Assembly (NCBI RefSeq): GCF_947568905.1
Contig: NC_079168.1
Location: 30,690,001-30,754,000, forward strand
DNA length: 64,000 nucleotides
Direction of reading: 5' to 3'
Origin: Ostrea edulis
Taxonomy: Eukaryota
Of the stretch, positions 1 through 11,000 are shown piece by piece. The first letter of the stretch is position 1; every line of letters starts with the position of its first letter. A program made the position numbers and the translations under genes. Below the pieces are notes generated by a model, which was not told where the DNA came from, made no database searches, and saw only the letters and a program-made list of their open reading frames with translations.

Positions 1-270
1 CCATGTCCCTATCAGACCTGGTCCTAAGTAATACTAATTTTTATGTTCTAAAGTCAGAGGTCAAGGTCACTGGAGCCTTTTGACCTTGATGCTGATTTGT
101 AGTTGCTGTCATCCTATTGTTATTTCTGAAGATCCCATGTCGCTATAAGTCCTGGTTTTAAAGTTGTACCAGTTTTTATTTTCATGGTCAGTAGTCAAGG
201 TCAGTGGTACCTTGATACTAATTTGTAAGTCCCGTTATTTTATTTTCATTTCCAAAGACCCCAGGACACT
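1..270. repeat. Partial satellite/HINE core (GGTCAAGGTCA-type units of about 135 bp), truncated by the window edge
   Basis: Two related units (CCATGTC.CTAT..G.CCTGGT...GGTCAAGGTCA..GG). Confidence 0.55.
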
Positions 271-1437
271 ATCATATTTGCTAAGTTATATCTGTTGAAT
301 TTTGGAATTAATTTTTTCACCAGAGTTCTATATTATTAATAAATCCTCATTTGAGCCCCCTAAATTGTACTCTAACCCCCTTCAATCTGAAAAACTTTTA
401 TCAACTGGTTACAGAGAATGGTGTCGGAAAGAAGCAGAAATAATAAGAACCAAGCAAAAGCAATAAGTCTCCAAATTTCGTTTGGAAGACTTAAAAATAT
501 ACAAAATGTTAGCTCATTATCTGCAAGTAAAACTAACTATGACAGAATGAGGAACAGAAAGGGAAACACTATATATACCTCCACCATTCCATGGTGGGGT
601 CATATAAAACCCATAAATTTTCTACACAATTTATTGAAATAATATATATGTATACGTAATAATCTTTCAAAACATTATATAAATGAGGAATGTATTTCAA
701 CTGAGAGTTACTGTGTAATCATTAGATTTCTGGAGGAGGGGGCTCAATTTTATTGCAATGGTACTCCTGTTCCAAGAATTTCATCCTCAACAACAAAACA
801 TGATTCATATAATGCTTCAAGTACAGGAATCATATCCACTAAATTACTTTCTAATGAAAGTCAAATCTTCTCCTGTATGGTTTATCCGATACACTTGAAA
901 CTTTGTACAATGCTTCATTGCCATTTGCAGATGTGCACGATGTTGGGACAGGGGGATCCAATTGTTATCCTTAAACTTATAGTGGATCTAAGAGGGATGG
1001 AGGGTGTGAAAATAGCTTGTGAACACTTCTCCTCCTAGCCTTAAAAAATTGTACAATACTTTAATTATCATTTAATGATATTCACATTGTTCTAACCCAG
1101 GGATCTAATATTTTCCTACAATTTACAGTAGATCAAAGAGGAGTGCTTTGTAGCTTTCCTACTGGTACTTCAGCATAACAGACATTATTTTTGTATCACA
1201 TACAACAATGAAATTGGTCACGTCAATGTTGAATCTTTTCTCCATCTTTTTCCACAAAGCACAAAGCGCAGTTCATAATGTCTATGTTCCTGCTCATGCT
1301 TTCTCCTCCATACCATGTAGTACATTAAGGAGAAGGGATTGTAATTTGGTGCAATTTCAATTTGGGGAGCAGGGAAGACATTTGTTCTTAACAAAAACAA
1401 TTATATTTCTGTCTTGTATTTATTCAGTAACACTGTG

Positions 1438-2992
1438 CTATGACTCTTGAGATTCGAGCTCCTTTTGCAATGTCCAGATACAGGTCTGGCCGAGGCCAGT
1501 CATGGCTTGTATTTTGTATCCTTGTTTCTCCAACTTGTTCAATATAATTCTCACAGGGTCTGGAGAAATATACTCTTGACTGGAAAAAAAAAGAAAATTA
1601 TTATACACAAAATGGAACATAATGTAAACAAAGGAATACCCTTCAGATGTTCTGATTAAAATTTCAGGTAACTATACTTTCTATAAATAAACTTCTTCAA
1701 ATGATAAATCTACAGCAACAGAAAGCTGAAAAGCACAAATTAACAATGACCTTGAAGAGGATACTTAGATGTTTAATGGGGAGTGGCACTGAAGAGGAAA
1801 CTTGGATGTTTAATGGGAAATGACATTAAAGAGGAGACTTGGATGTTTAAAGAGAAGTAAACTTGAAGAGAAGAGGTGGAGGTGTAATGGGAAGTAACCT
1901 TGAAGAGGAAACTTGGATGTTTAATGGGAAGTAACCTTGAAGAGGAAACTTGGATGTTTAATGGGAAGTGACCTTGAAGAAGAGAGGTGGATGTTTAATG
2001 GGAAGTAACCTTGAAGAAGAGAGGTGGATGTTTAATGGGAAGTGACCTAGAAGAGGAAACTTGGGTGTTTAATGGGAAGACATATTGTACCAGACTAGGG
2101 TTCACACTTTCAATGACTTCACAGAGTTCTCATCAAATATGATAGATCCCCATGGGAATCCGGGTTAGAATAGGTCCTCAGTACCCCTTGCTTGTCATAA
2201 GAGGCGACTAAATGGGGCAGTCCTTTGGATGAGATTGCAAAAACCGAGGTCCCCTGTCACAGCAGGTGTGGCATGATAAAGATCCCTTCCTGCTGAAAGG
2301 TCGTACGCGCTGAACATAGGCCTAAATTTTGCAGCCCTTCGTCAGCAATGGTGACGTCTCCACACGAGTGAAAAATTCTCGAGAGGGACGTTAAACGATA
2401 TACAATCAATCATTCAATTCCTGGTCTAATCTGTCATATTTTCTCCCATCCTTTCAACAGATATAATTCTTTTTTTAAAAGAAAACGCAGCAACAAAAAA
2501 TGTAGTCAGGAACTGATTGGTGAGGGATAAGGTTTAAGAATCTTTACATACCAGTGTGTGTATTTACTTGTACATAGTTATACAATCTTAAAATGTAAGG
2601 GAAATTACTCTGCTGGATAGGAAAGGATACATGTGACAGTCGGGCAGACGGTCTGGTTGTCAACAAGAATACCTCCAATATCATACTACTGCACAGTATT
2701 TCATTAATATATTGAAGAATCTTACAAGTTATTTCCTAAGGTTTTGGTCAATTTGGCTCCAAGATGTTCCATCAACTCTGGGTCACTCCATTCATCGCCG
2801 CATACAGTTGGACCGGTTTCCTGAAGAAGTTATTCAAACAATTAATTATTAATCATGTAATATTCAAGGAATGGATAATACTAAATATCTATATTTTTTT
2901 TTAAAAACCATGAAATGAAAAATTACATTTATTGAATTCCAGTCACATGTGTTATTGGAGATAAATATGAATACAGTGTGGGTGGATGTGTT

Positions 2993-3025
<33 letters not shown>

Positions 3026-6000
3026 TAAAGTTTCATGACAGCAAGCTCCAAAGATTTGGACAGGGAAAATTAGAGTCAATACATAAGTCAAATGAATTTT
3101 CCACTTAAGAAAATCTTGCATAATCCTAACAACTCTCCTTTTTGACCTCATAAAATCTTATTGACCTGAGATTATGAATTTACGTAGATTATCTAAATTT
3201 CCTCCTAGTCTTGTGGTCCCCTGCACAATGCATTTCTCAATTCAACATTTTATTTCATTCATAGAGGCTACATATCTAGATCTTGGTTAAAGGAGGGTGG
3301 GGGGCAAGGGTCCCTGACACAAACACCCTGGAGCTTGTAGAAATAAAATAAATATATTTGTTTATTCTTGTGCTCTTGCAATTGTTAAATAAATACTAGG
3401 TATATGTTATTCCTGAGTATATACATTGGGGAAAATTGTATGTGGTGACACATCCTGGAAAAGATTCTCGATTGTGGATTCTCTAATGTATGCACATCTC
3501 TGCTCGCCCTAACGAGAACACTGCCAGCCAACATAATTCTTATAAATAGAAGTCTTTTTCTAATACATTATTGTCTATTCTATGTAATACAAGCAAATGA
3601 AATATACTTTTATCCTCAAAAATATTTTTTTCAAAATGATAACAAAATATTACATTCTCCACATGTAATGAGTTTACAAAATCTATCAAGCTCCTCTATA
3701 CATACAATAATGTACATTAACATCCTGATTTTCATTAAGTTATTGCAGAGATTTTCACACAGTGGTCGTCACAAGTACATTTGTATGTCTAGTTTCCTTA
3801 AATCATAACAGGATTATAATGTACTGAAAGCTTTCAAGACTGGTTGGTACTAATTAGTAGTACCTGTTAGTTGAATTAGACTGGTTCTTGTTTTTGTACA
3901 TTTCTGTTACATCTTCTATGTACATAGACAGGGCTGTCGATCTCCCTAAAACAGGTCCGGAAAAAAGGACCCTTCTCAGTTGGGGAAAAAAGCAATATTT
4001 CCAATTCATAGTCCAGAAATGTGCAATTTTGAGACATTGAAGCAAGAATCATTTCTCAAATGTCTAGACTAAAATTCACTTCAAAATGACGGGTTGGTGG
4101 GGTGAGGGTTACAAAATGAATGTAAATGAGTGAGAGTTTAGCTACTTTGGTTTTTACCTTTAAAGACCGAGAGAGAAAAGCCACTTTATCTGAAACAAAA
4201 ACTTGAATGATTGTGTTTAATTAAAGGATTCCCAATCTGATAAAAAAAAAATGATAAATTTACCCAATCTACCGGGATTGAGACCCTGTCTCAAAAACTG
4301 TAGCGACAGCTTTGATACACTTGCTTCAATAGTCATATGATTTTCTAGTGGTAAGATACTTGACAGCAAAATTGTACATATTTCAACGCAGAAGCTCATA
4401 TTATAGAGTTTATCATTTGTTTTGAAAACAAAGATTGAGGTTTGCTATTGTTTAAGAACTTTTTGAAATAAATGGATGAGTTTATTATATATTACATCTC
4501 AAGTATACATGAGGTGAAATATTTGTGTCATTTAAAAGTCAAAATTTGAGAATCTACACAATGAAGATGCTTTAAATTACAAATTAACATTTGTTTACAT
4601 AAAAAGACACAAGTCTTTGTTTACAAAACACAGAACTATTTTCAAGCTAAAATATTGCTCTTATCCTTGCATCAGAAGGTCCAAATTTTGGTTGTCAACT
4701 TTAAATGAGTTATATTTTTGATTTTTAAAAAGCATGAACCAGTCCCTTTAAAGGAGACAAACCAGTGCCTAAATTTGATGCTTTACTGTGTACTCCTAAA
4801 GTGTTCTTATCAAAATCCAAATTTTGCAGTGATTCCAAAGGCCCGTCGGACATTGGCAAATGTCCGGTAATTTTTGTTTTGGTCCAATCAATATCAGTTG
4901 ATGGCCAGACCAAGTGTCTGATAATTTTTGTTTCCAATGAAATACATGATTAGATAAAATTTCAATTTTTAACAGCATGTACCAAAATCTATTCTGTTCT
5001 TCAGTCATTGTAAACAGAAAACGTGTTTACTTTTAACTCAAATATTTATCAAACTTGCAATCATCTTCAATTCCCCCCCAAGAGGGTGATAATACAATTG
5101 AGCAATATCCCGTAAAGCTACAAACGTCTTTGAAGCGTTCGAATTAGGTAATAAATAACACGTAATAAAACATTTAAACTATACTCTGATCAAGAAGTAC
5201 TTGAACAACATGAACACGTTTGATTGAACAATTTGCATTTGAGTTACGTGAGTTGCTCGAGTTAAAAAAAAAACAACACGTGTATTTCATAACAATGGTG
5301 TTGAACACGAGCTGGAAAAGTTTACTCCACTGACGAATCTGAAGTGAAATGCTTGGGCTAATAAAGTATGTTGCTGATACAATTCTGGGCCAGAAAGTTT
5401 AAATTTACATGAAAGCATCCTGCCATTTTGATAAAATCATGGCCCTCCGGGGATAGGGTAGGGCGACAATAGGGGATGAAAGGTTTACATGGGAATATAT
5501 GGGGAACATCTTTAAAAATCTTCTTCAGAATCTCAAGAACCACTGGGCCAGAAAGTTCAAATTTACATGAAATTTTAAGCTTCCTGATATAGTGTAAATT
5601 CAAGTTTGTGAAAACCATTGCCTCTAAAGGTAGGGGATTATGGGATTAATTTGCATATAAAATTTTGGTCTGGTAAAATGTGATTTGGTCCAGTAATAAA
5701 TCAACCATTACTAGACCAAATGTCCAGTAAGTACCAGAAGACCTTGGGAAGCACTGAATTTTGTAATAGTTTTATTTTGATATTTCAATCAACATTGAGA
5801 TGTGTTCAAGTTATGAACAAAATGAGTATATATCATTCTATTGTCTGGAGTTGACCAAATAGAGAAATGTCTGAATATTAATTATAAGACAAGTTAATCA
5901 TTTCCAACCAGATATTATCACTGTAACAGGTAGCAGTCACCAATTTAAGGGATGATCACACTTGTCGTTGCTTAACCTGCGTGATCAAGAGAGAGACTCT

Positions 6001-7705
6001 ACCACATCACTAGAAAAGCTAGCTCTCTAACAAGGTAGTATAAATTCCCTATGTACCGACCTCTACATTTCCCCTCGCTCAGGGAAGCTTGGTCCCTATA
6101 TATAAGCTTAAGCATGTGTTCTTTCTGAAAGTTTGACACCTCCTCATCAATGGCATCCACCAATCCCAACAACAGCCACTGTCATCCCCAGGCAAAACCA
6201 CGTCTGAACCCAGAACTCTGAAGAAACTCTACCCAAAACTCAACTCCGAAGAAACAGCCTCCCACCAAACATCAGAGTCACTACGCTGCCACCAATTTGT
6301 AACGAGTAGCGGTCACCTATCCAAGTGCTGATCACGCTCGCCATTGCTTAACTTGTGTGATCAAGAGAGACACTCTACCACATCACTAGAAAAGCTTGCT
6401 CTCTGGCGAGATAGTATAAGTTCCCTATATACTGACCGCTACAATCACAACTTGGGATTTTGCTATATGTGATTTAAATCATCCTCACAAGCCAAGTGTC
6501 CAACTTGCTTACTCTAAAATGACAGCAAGCAAATCAGACACTTAATTCACTTACAAAGATGGATATATATAAAATATGTAATTCTAAATTATATATTATG
6601 CGTGTGAGGACCACTTGGAAGAAGTTCAGGGAGCTAGCTGCTACCAGTCCTGACATCACGCCACCTGTCGTATAAGACCCGTGGTCGAGTGTATAACACT
6701 TGCATACGGAGCGCTATGCTCCATGCCAGTGAGACCTGGGCACTGACCAAGCCAAATCTTCATCGCCTACTATGCAACGACAGGGCCATGATAAGACAGA
6801 TCTGTAACATCAAGCCTGAAGATATGGCCACTGTAGGTTCAACTGAATTGCTGGGGCGGCTTGGCATCAATGACCTCGACCTCATCTTATGGGAAAGGAG
6901 ATGCCGCTGGTATGGCCACCTTGTCAGATCCAGCAGTGCAGACAAGTGCGCTCTAAACATACAAGTTCCTGGGAGACGTAGAGTTGGTCGGCCAATGCTA
7001 TCTTGGAGAGAGCTGACGGAGAAAGATCGTAGAGAATGGAAGCTCTCTACTGCCGACCCTCAAGACCGGAAAGAATGGAGATCTGAGGTGAGATCTGCCA
7101 TGCATGCAGCTAGCCAGATACCTGAAAGGGGGCCCACTAGTGTGGACACTACCCATAATTCTGCACGGAAATAAAAAGGAACCGACAACAACAATAAATT
7201 ACATGTATTTTCAATTAAATAATCTAAAGTGAAATAATTATTTACACACTGAAGCAGTTTTGCAGGTTCTAGTCTTAATGGAATGATTTTTTTTAACAGT
7301 CTGAAAAGTCAAAAATACTGTACATCACTAAAAAAAATTATAATTAGACTCCAGTGATCGGTTTTCATTCCATAATACAGAATGCTATTTGCTCGTTAAA
7401 ACTCCTTAATACACTCTATACCTAGATATTTTGTAATAACTGTTTTATCATTTTACAATAAAACGAGCAAACATGAATTCATAATTTTTTAACACATGCA
7501 TTTTTTCAATACTTAAATCAGATAATGACAGATACAACATGTTATGTCTGATGAAGTAGACGTACTGTATGATGTGTAATATGGCCTTGCTGTAGGAAAG
7601 TGAATTCATGCATGACACTACGCTATTGTTAACTAAATGATTTTAAATTCGATGATTGCAGAATATTACCAGCCTGATTTGTGTACTAATCAGAACAAAA
7701 GGCAT
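1438..7705 (-). CDS. GCHFR: GTP cyclohydrolase I feedback regulatory protein; exons complement(7670..7705, 2726..2820, 1438..1579), 90 aa
   Basis: Spliced translation MPFVLISTQIRL/ETGPTVCGDEWSDPELMEHLGAKLTKTLGNNF/QEYISPDPVRIILNKLEKQGYKIQAMTGLGQTCIWTLQKELESQES* matches the GFRP family (human MPYLLISTQIRMEVGPTMVGDE...). All junctions are GT-AG, and the first two coding exons are 36 and 95 nt, as I recall for vertebrate GCHFR. Confidence 0.96.
1750..2080. repeat. Minisatellite, 37-bp unit, about 9 copies (GCHFR intron 2)
   Basis: GAAGAGGAAACTTGGATGTTTAATGGGAAGTAACCTT periodicity (e.g. 1865, 1902, 1939). Confidence 0.9.
2138..2420 (+). mobile_element. SINE-like element with (CAAT)n tail, copy 1
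   Basis: Collinear homolog at 49791..50050. Contains GTCACAGCAGGTGTGGC..GATAAAGATCCC (Meta-SINE-like body) and ends ATATACAATCAATC. Confidence 0.75.
5922..6443 (-). mobile_element. TRIM (miniature non-autonomous LTR retrotransposon) with 5S rRNA-derived LTRs, copy 1
   Basis: 146-bp direct repeats at 6298..6443 and 5922..6067, with TG...CA ends on minus. PBS TGGTGGCAGCG (6284..6294) lies 3 nt after the 5' LTR, PPT GAGCGAGGGGAAA (6068..6080) abuts the 3' LTR, and there is a 5-bp TSD ATCAC (5917-21 / 6444-48). 5S-like segments are at 6309..6362 and 5933..5986. Confidence 0.9.
6600..7175 (+). mobile_element. 5'-truncated RTE/RTEX-type LINE remnant (RT C-terminal region)
   Basis: RVRTTWKKFREL (frameshift) LPVLTSRHLSYKTRGRVYNTCIRSAMLHASETWALT...RRCRWYGHLVRS...GRPMLSWRE is the typical RTE-clade end. 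It is followed by a short (CAA)n/A-rich tail. Confidence 0.85.
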
Positions 7706-8061
7706 CCTAATCACAGCAGTGCATGTCACAGTCAATGCCAGAGTAATCTCCCTTACGCAGCCAAAAAAGCACTTCCTGTGAGAATTGTTATATCTGTACC
7801 GTCGTCAAAACTCTCTCAACTGCAATTATTATTTTCTGATCATAATTTTGGGTCATCATATATCTCGTATTTCTAAAGTTTAGGTGATGCATAGTTTCCC
7901 CAATAATTCATAATTTTTCCAAGATTTTAAGCATGCTAGAGTGAACTCCCTTTGTGCATCAGAGTCCACTTCCGGTACGTGTGTTTACATTTGCGAAGCT
8001 TCATCACTCCTCCTCGTGAGCTCATGTCGTAATTCCTCACCAGATCCCCCGGAGTTACAGG
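7706..8061. promoter_or_regulatory. Putative bidirectional promoter between GCHFR and RMDN
   Basis: Only 356 bp separate the two divergent ATGs. ETS/GABP-type motifs ACTTCCTG (7771-7778) and ACTTCCGG (7968-7975) are present, and the region is relatively CpG-rich. Confidence 0.65.
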
Positions 8062-11000
8062 ATGTCAACGTTTTTCAGAAACCACTCGTTGCTGTTCGGA
8101 GGGTTGGGGGCGGGAATCATTATCGGCGTAGGAGGGTCCGTGATTTATTTTCGTTTAGCAACCAATGTCGACAGAGAGCTACGACTTCTATCGGAGTCCA
8201 TTGCGTCTCTGCAGAAGGAGGTGGTGGAATTAAAAGAAAAGCTAGCCACGCGTAGAAAGAGAAGCCCGGCCTTTCATTCCAGCACTGCCTCCAGCAGTGG
8301 AGAGACAGACGACGAAGCTTATGAAGACGCGTATGGAGGGTAATAATTTAATGTGATTATTTGGAGAGAGAAAAATCATCTTGCCACATATAGGGTGCAC
8401 TGTAAGTTGTAACTCGTGACTGATCTTGCATAGACAATTACACTACACAACAAGGCCAGACAGGTTTTATGTGTGTTTATAATGGTTTTGTGTGCAGCAG
8501 ATACTTGGTAGGCTTATACTTACCAAGGTCCACATGATCCAAATTTTTGAGCAGGTCAGCCTGTCCAAACTTATGGTCACTACCAGCCCAAACAGGTTTT
8601 ATCTTTTGCAATGGATAACTATTGAGTGTTTTAACTTGCAGACTTCATACTTGGCAGACTCATAAAAATTAGCATGTGTATGATCCCTATTACACAGCTA
8701 ATGTCAGTAGGTCCAAGGTCAAGTCACCACCAAACCAGACAGATTTTCTGTGTACAATAGATCTCGTGCAATGGATGACTGGAGAATGCTTTACCTCACA
8801 GATTTGGTAGATGATACACATCAACATGCACATAATCCCTATTGCTTAGCATATCATATATCCAAGGTCTCTAATGCCCTGCTTCCTTTCATTGGTATTT
8901 TTTGTTAAAATCTTAAATTCAAACTTTATGTATTTTATAACAATTTTGAAACAAAGCTTCTCATGGATTTGGATATTTGTGCAAAAGAGTCATTGTTGTG
9001 GGAGGATACCAGAGTACCCGGAGGAAACCCACGTGTCTGAGTGGGCAACCACACAACCCTCCCACTTACAACCGCTGCCGATCCTGTCATAGAGAGGAAA
9101 CCCACGTGTCTGAGTGGGCAACCACACCACCCTCCCACTTACAACCACTGCCGATCCTGTCATAGAGAGGAAACCCACGTGTCTGAGTGGGCAACCACAC
9201 AACCCTCCCACTTACAACCGCTGCAGATCCTGTCATGGAGATTGGAGAGGAAACCCACGTGTGTGAGTGGGCAACCACACCACCCTCCCACTTACAACCA
9301 CTGCCGATCCTGTCATAGAGAGGATATAACTCGAGTTGCGGTGATGAGAGGCGTGTGTATAACCACAGCGTTACCATTGTACTATCCACACAACACTAGG
9401 CAACATGCCACAACAGTATTATCATTGGATAAGACTAAAAGTCTGTACTGTTCTATATGAGCATGCCATTAGTAGCCTGCAATTTCTGTTTTCCTTTTTC
9501 ACCACACACATTTAATTCTTCGGTATGTGGTACTGCTGATTTTGGTGAAGGGGTCATGTATGTTTTACAAACACCTCATGTTCTTTTCTAATTTTTTACT
9601 TCTTATGATCATGATGGGTAGGCAAGACAGAGTCTCAAAAATAAAGAAGAGTCTCGGATATATTGTGTAGAATTTCTAAGTATTAAGTATGCCTAGAATT
9701 GAAACACAGTTAAAGTTGGGGAAAACATCAATATGATTGTAGGTCTGACTATGAGTTCCATAACTTTCTGGACCTCCAGACAGAAATCCACACGCAGATG
9801 AACGCAAAAATTGGCCGGGATGAAGAAGAAAAGAAGGACGATGAGACAAACACTTTCTTCACAGATGTAGACAAACTGTTCGATGGAACTGATGATGATA
9901 AATTAAGAAATTATGAAATGCTGCTAAATAATAAAGAAAAGGTATATATGTACTATAGCAATTCATATTTTCTCAAGAAAATTTTAAATTTTGAATGTTT
10001 CATTCAATATTGTGAAATATATCAAGCACCACTTTACATGTATTGGTCCTATAAATTTGTATTTAAGTTTGCATGATGCTTGTTAAAAATTAAGTTTCTT
10101 GGAAAGTTACTGAAAATTTTCATTTTGTTGCATTTAGTCATGATGTGAATGTTGTATTTTAGTTTACCAATGATGTTGAGTATTGGTGGAGGTTAGCCAA
10201 GAGCACCTACCAAGTCTCGCAGATTGAGGGGGGTCGGGGGAATCAGAAGAAGAAGAAACAGCTGGTGTACGCCTCCAAAGACCTGTCTCAGAAAGCTGTC
10301 GCCATGGATGAGAAATGTGCTAATGCTCATAAATGGTGGGATATTCTCACAGATTTTTGTTGCATGCAACTCTGTTTACATGCTACAACTAATTGCATGC
10401 AATCCTTCTATTTTCCCTCCAATTTTGAAAACACATTTTCCCGCTTTGATTACAAAACAAATTAAAACAAACTGTTGAAGTGATTAAAGAGGTAAAGCAT
10501 AGTCATATTTACTTGAAAAATGCTGGGGGTATCATAAAAATTTCCTCTCATAGTTAATATTTGACCAAAGTTTAATAATGTTTATCATTGATATTTTTTC
10601 TCTTGTGTTTTAACCATCCTCATCTTTCACTCTGAGTATATAGTTATAATATAGAACATAGAGAATTAGGGGCTAATATACCTTTGTTTCTAATTGATTT
10701 ATCTCATAAAAATAGTTTGCAATGTTGGCACTTTATTCATTGGCATATTTTAATTTGATGCAGTGATGATTCATATGAAAATGAAAATTTATCTACTTTT
10801 ATTTTTGGCAAATTTTTGTCATCTGCTTAAACACCAACATTTTTAATGCCTTAAATTCATCGATAGCTATTGCCTTGCTACTCAACTACCATTTCCTCTG
10901 GTGCTCGAGGATTTCTTTTTTTGAATGGGAGTCTCTCCAAGCTCTAAAGAGAAATCTATGACTTTCCTGGGCTTGTCAAAATTCACAGCTGAAACAGGAT

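Noticed and set aside
5320-5360. Minus-strand ISLQIR resembling GCHFR exon 1
   Set aside because: No ATG or donor; the true exon 1 (MPFVLISTQIRL + GT) is at 7670..7705.
5933-6362. 5S-like segments as genuine 5S rRNA genes
   Set aside because: Only about 54 nt of the internal control region match; the 5' and 3' ends of 5S and a T-run terminator are absent, and the segments sit inside LTRs.
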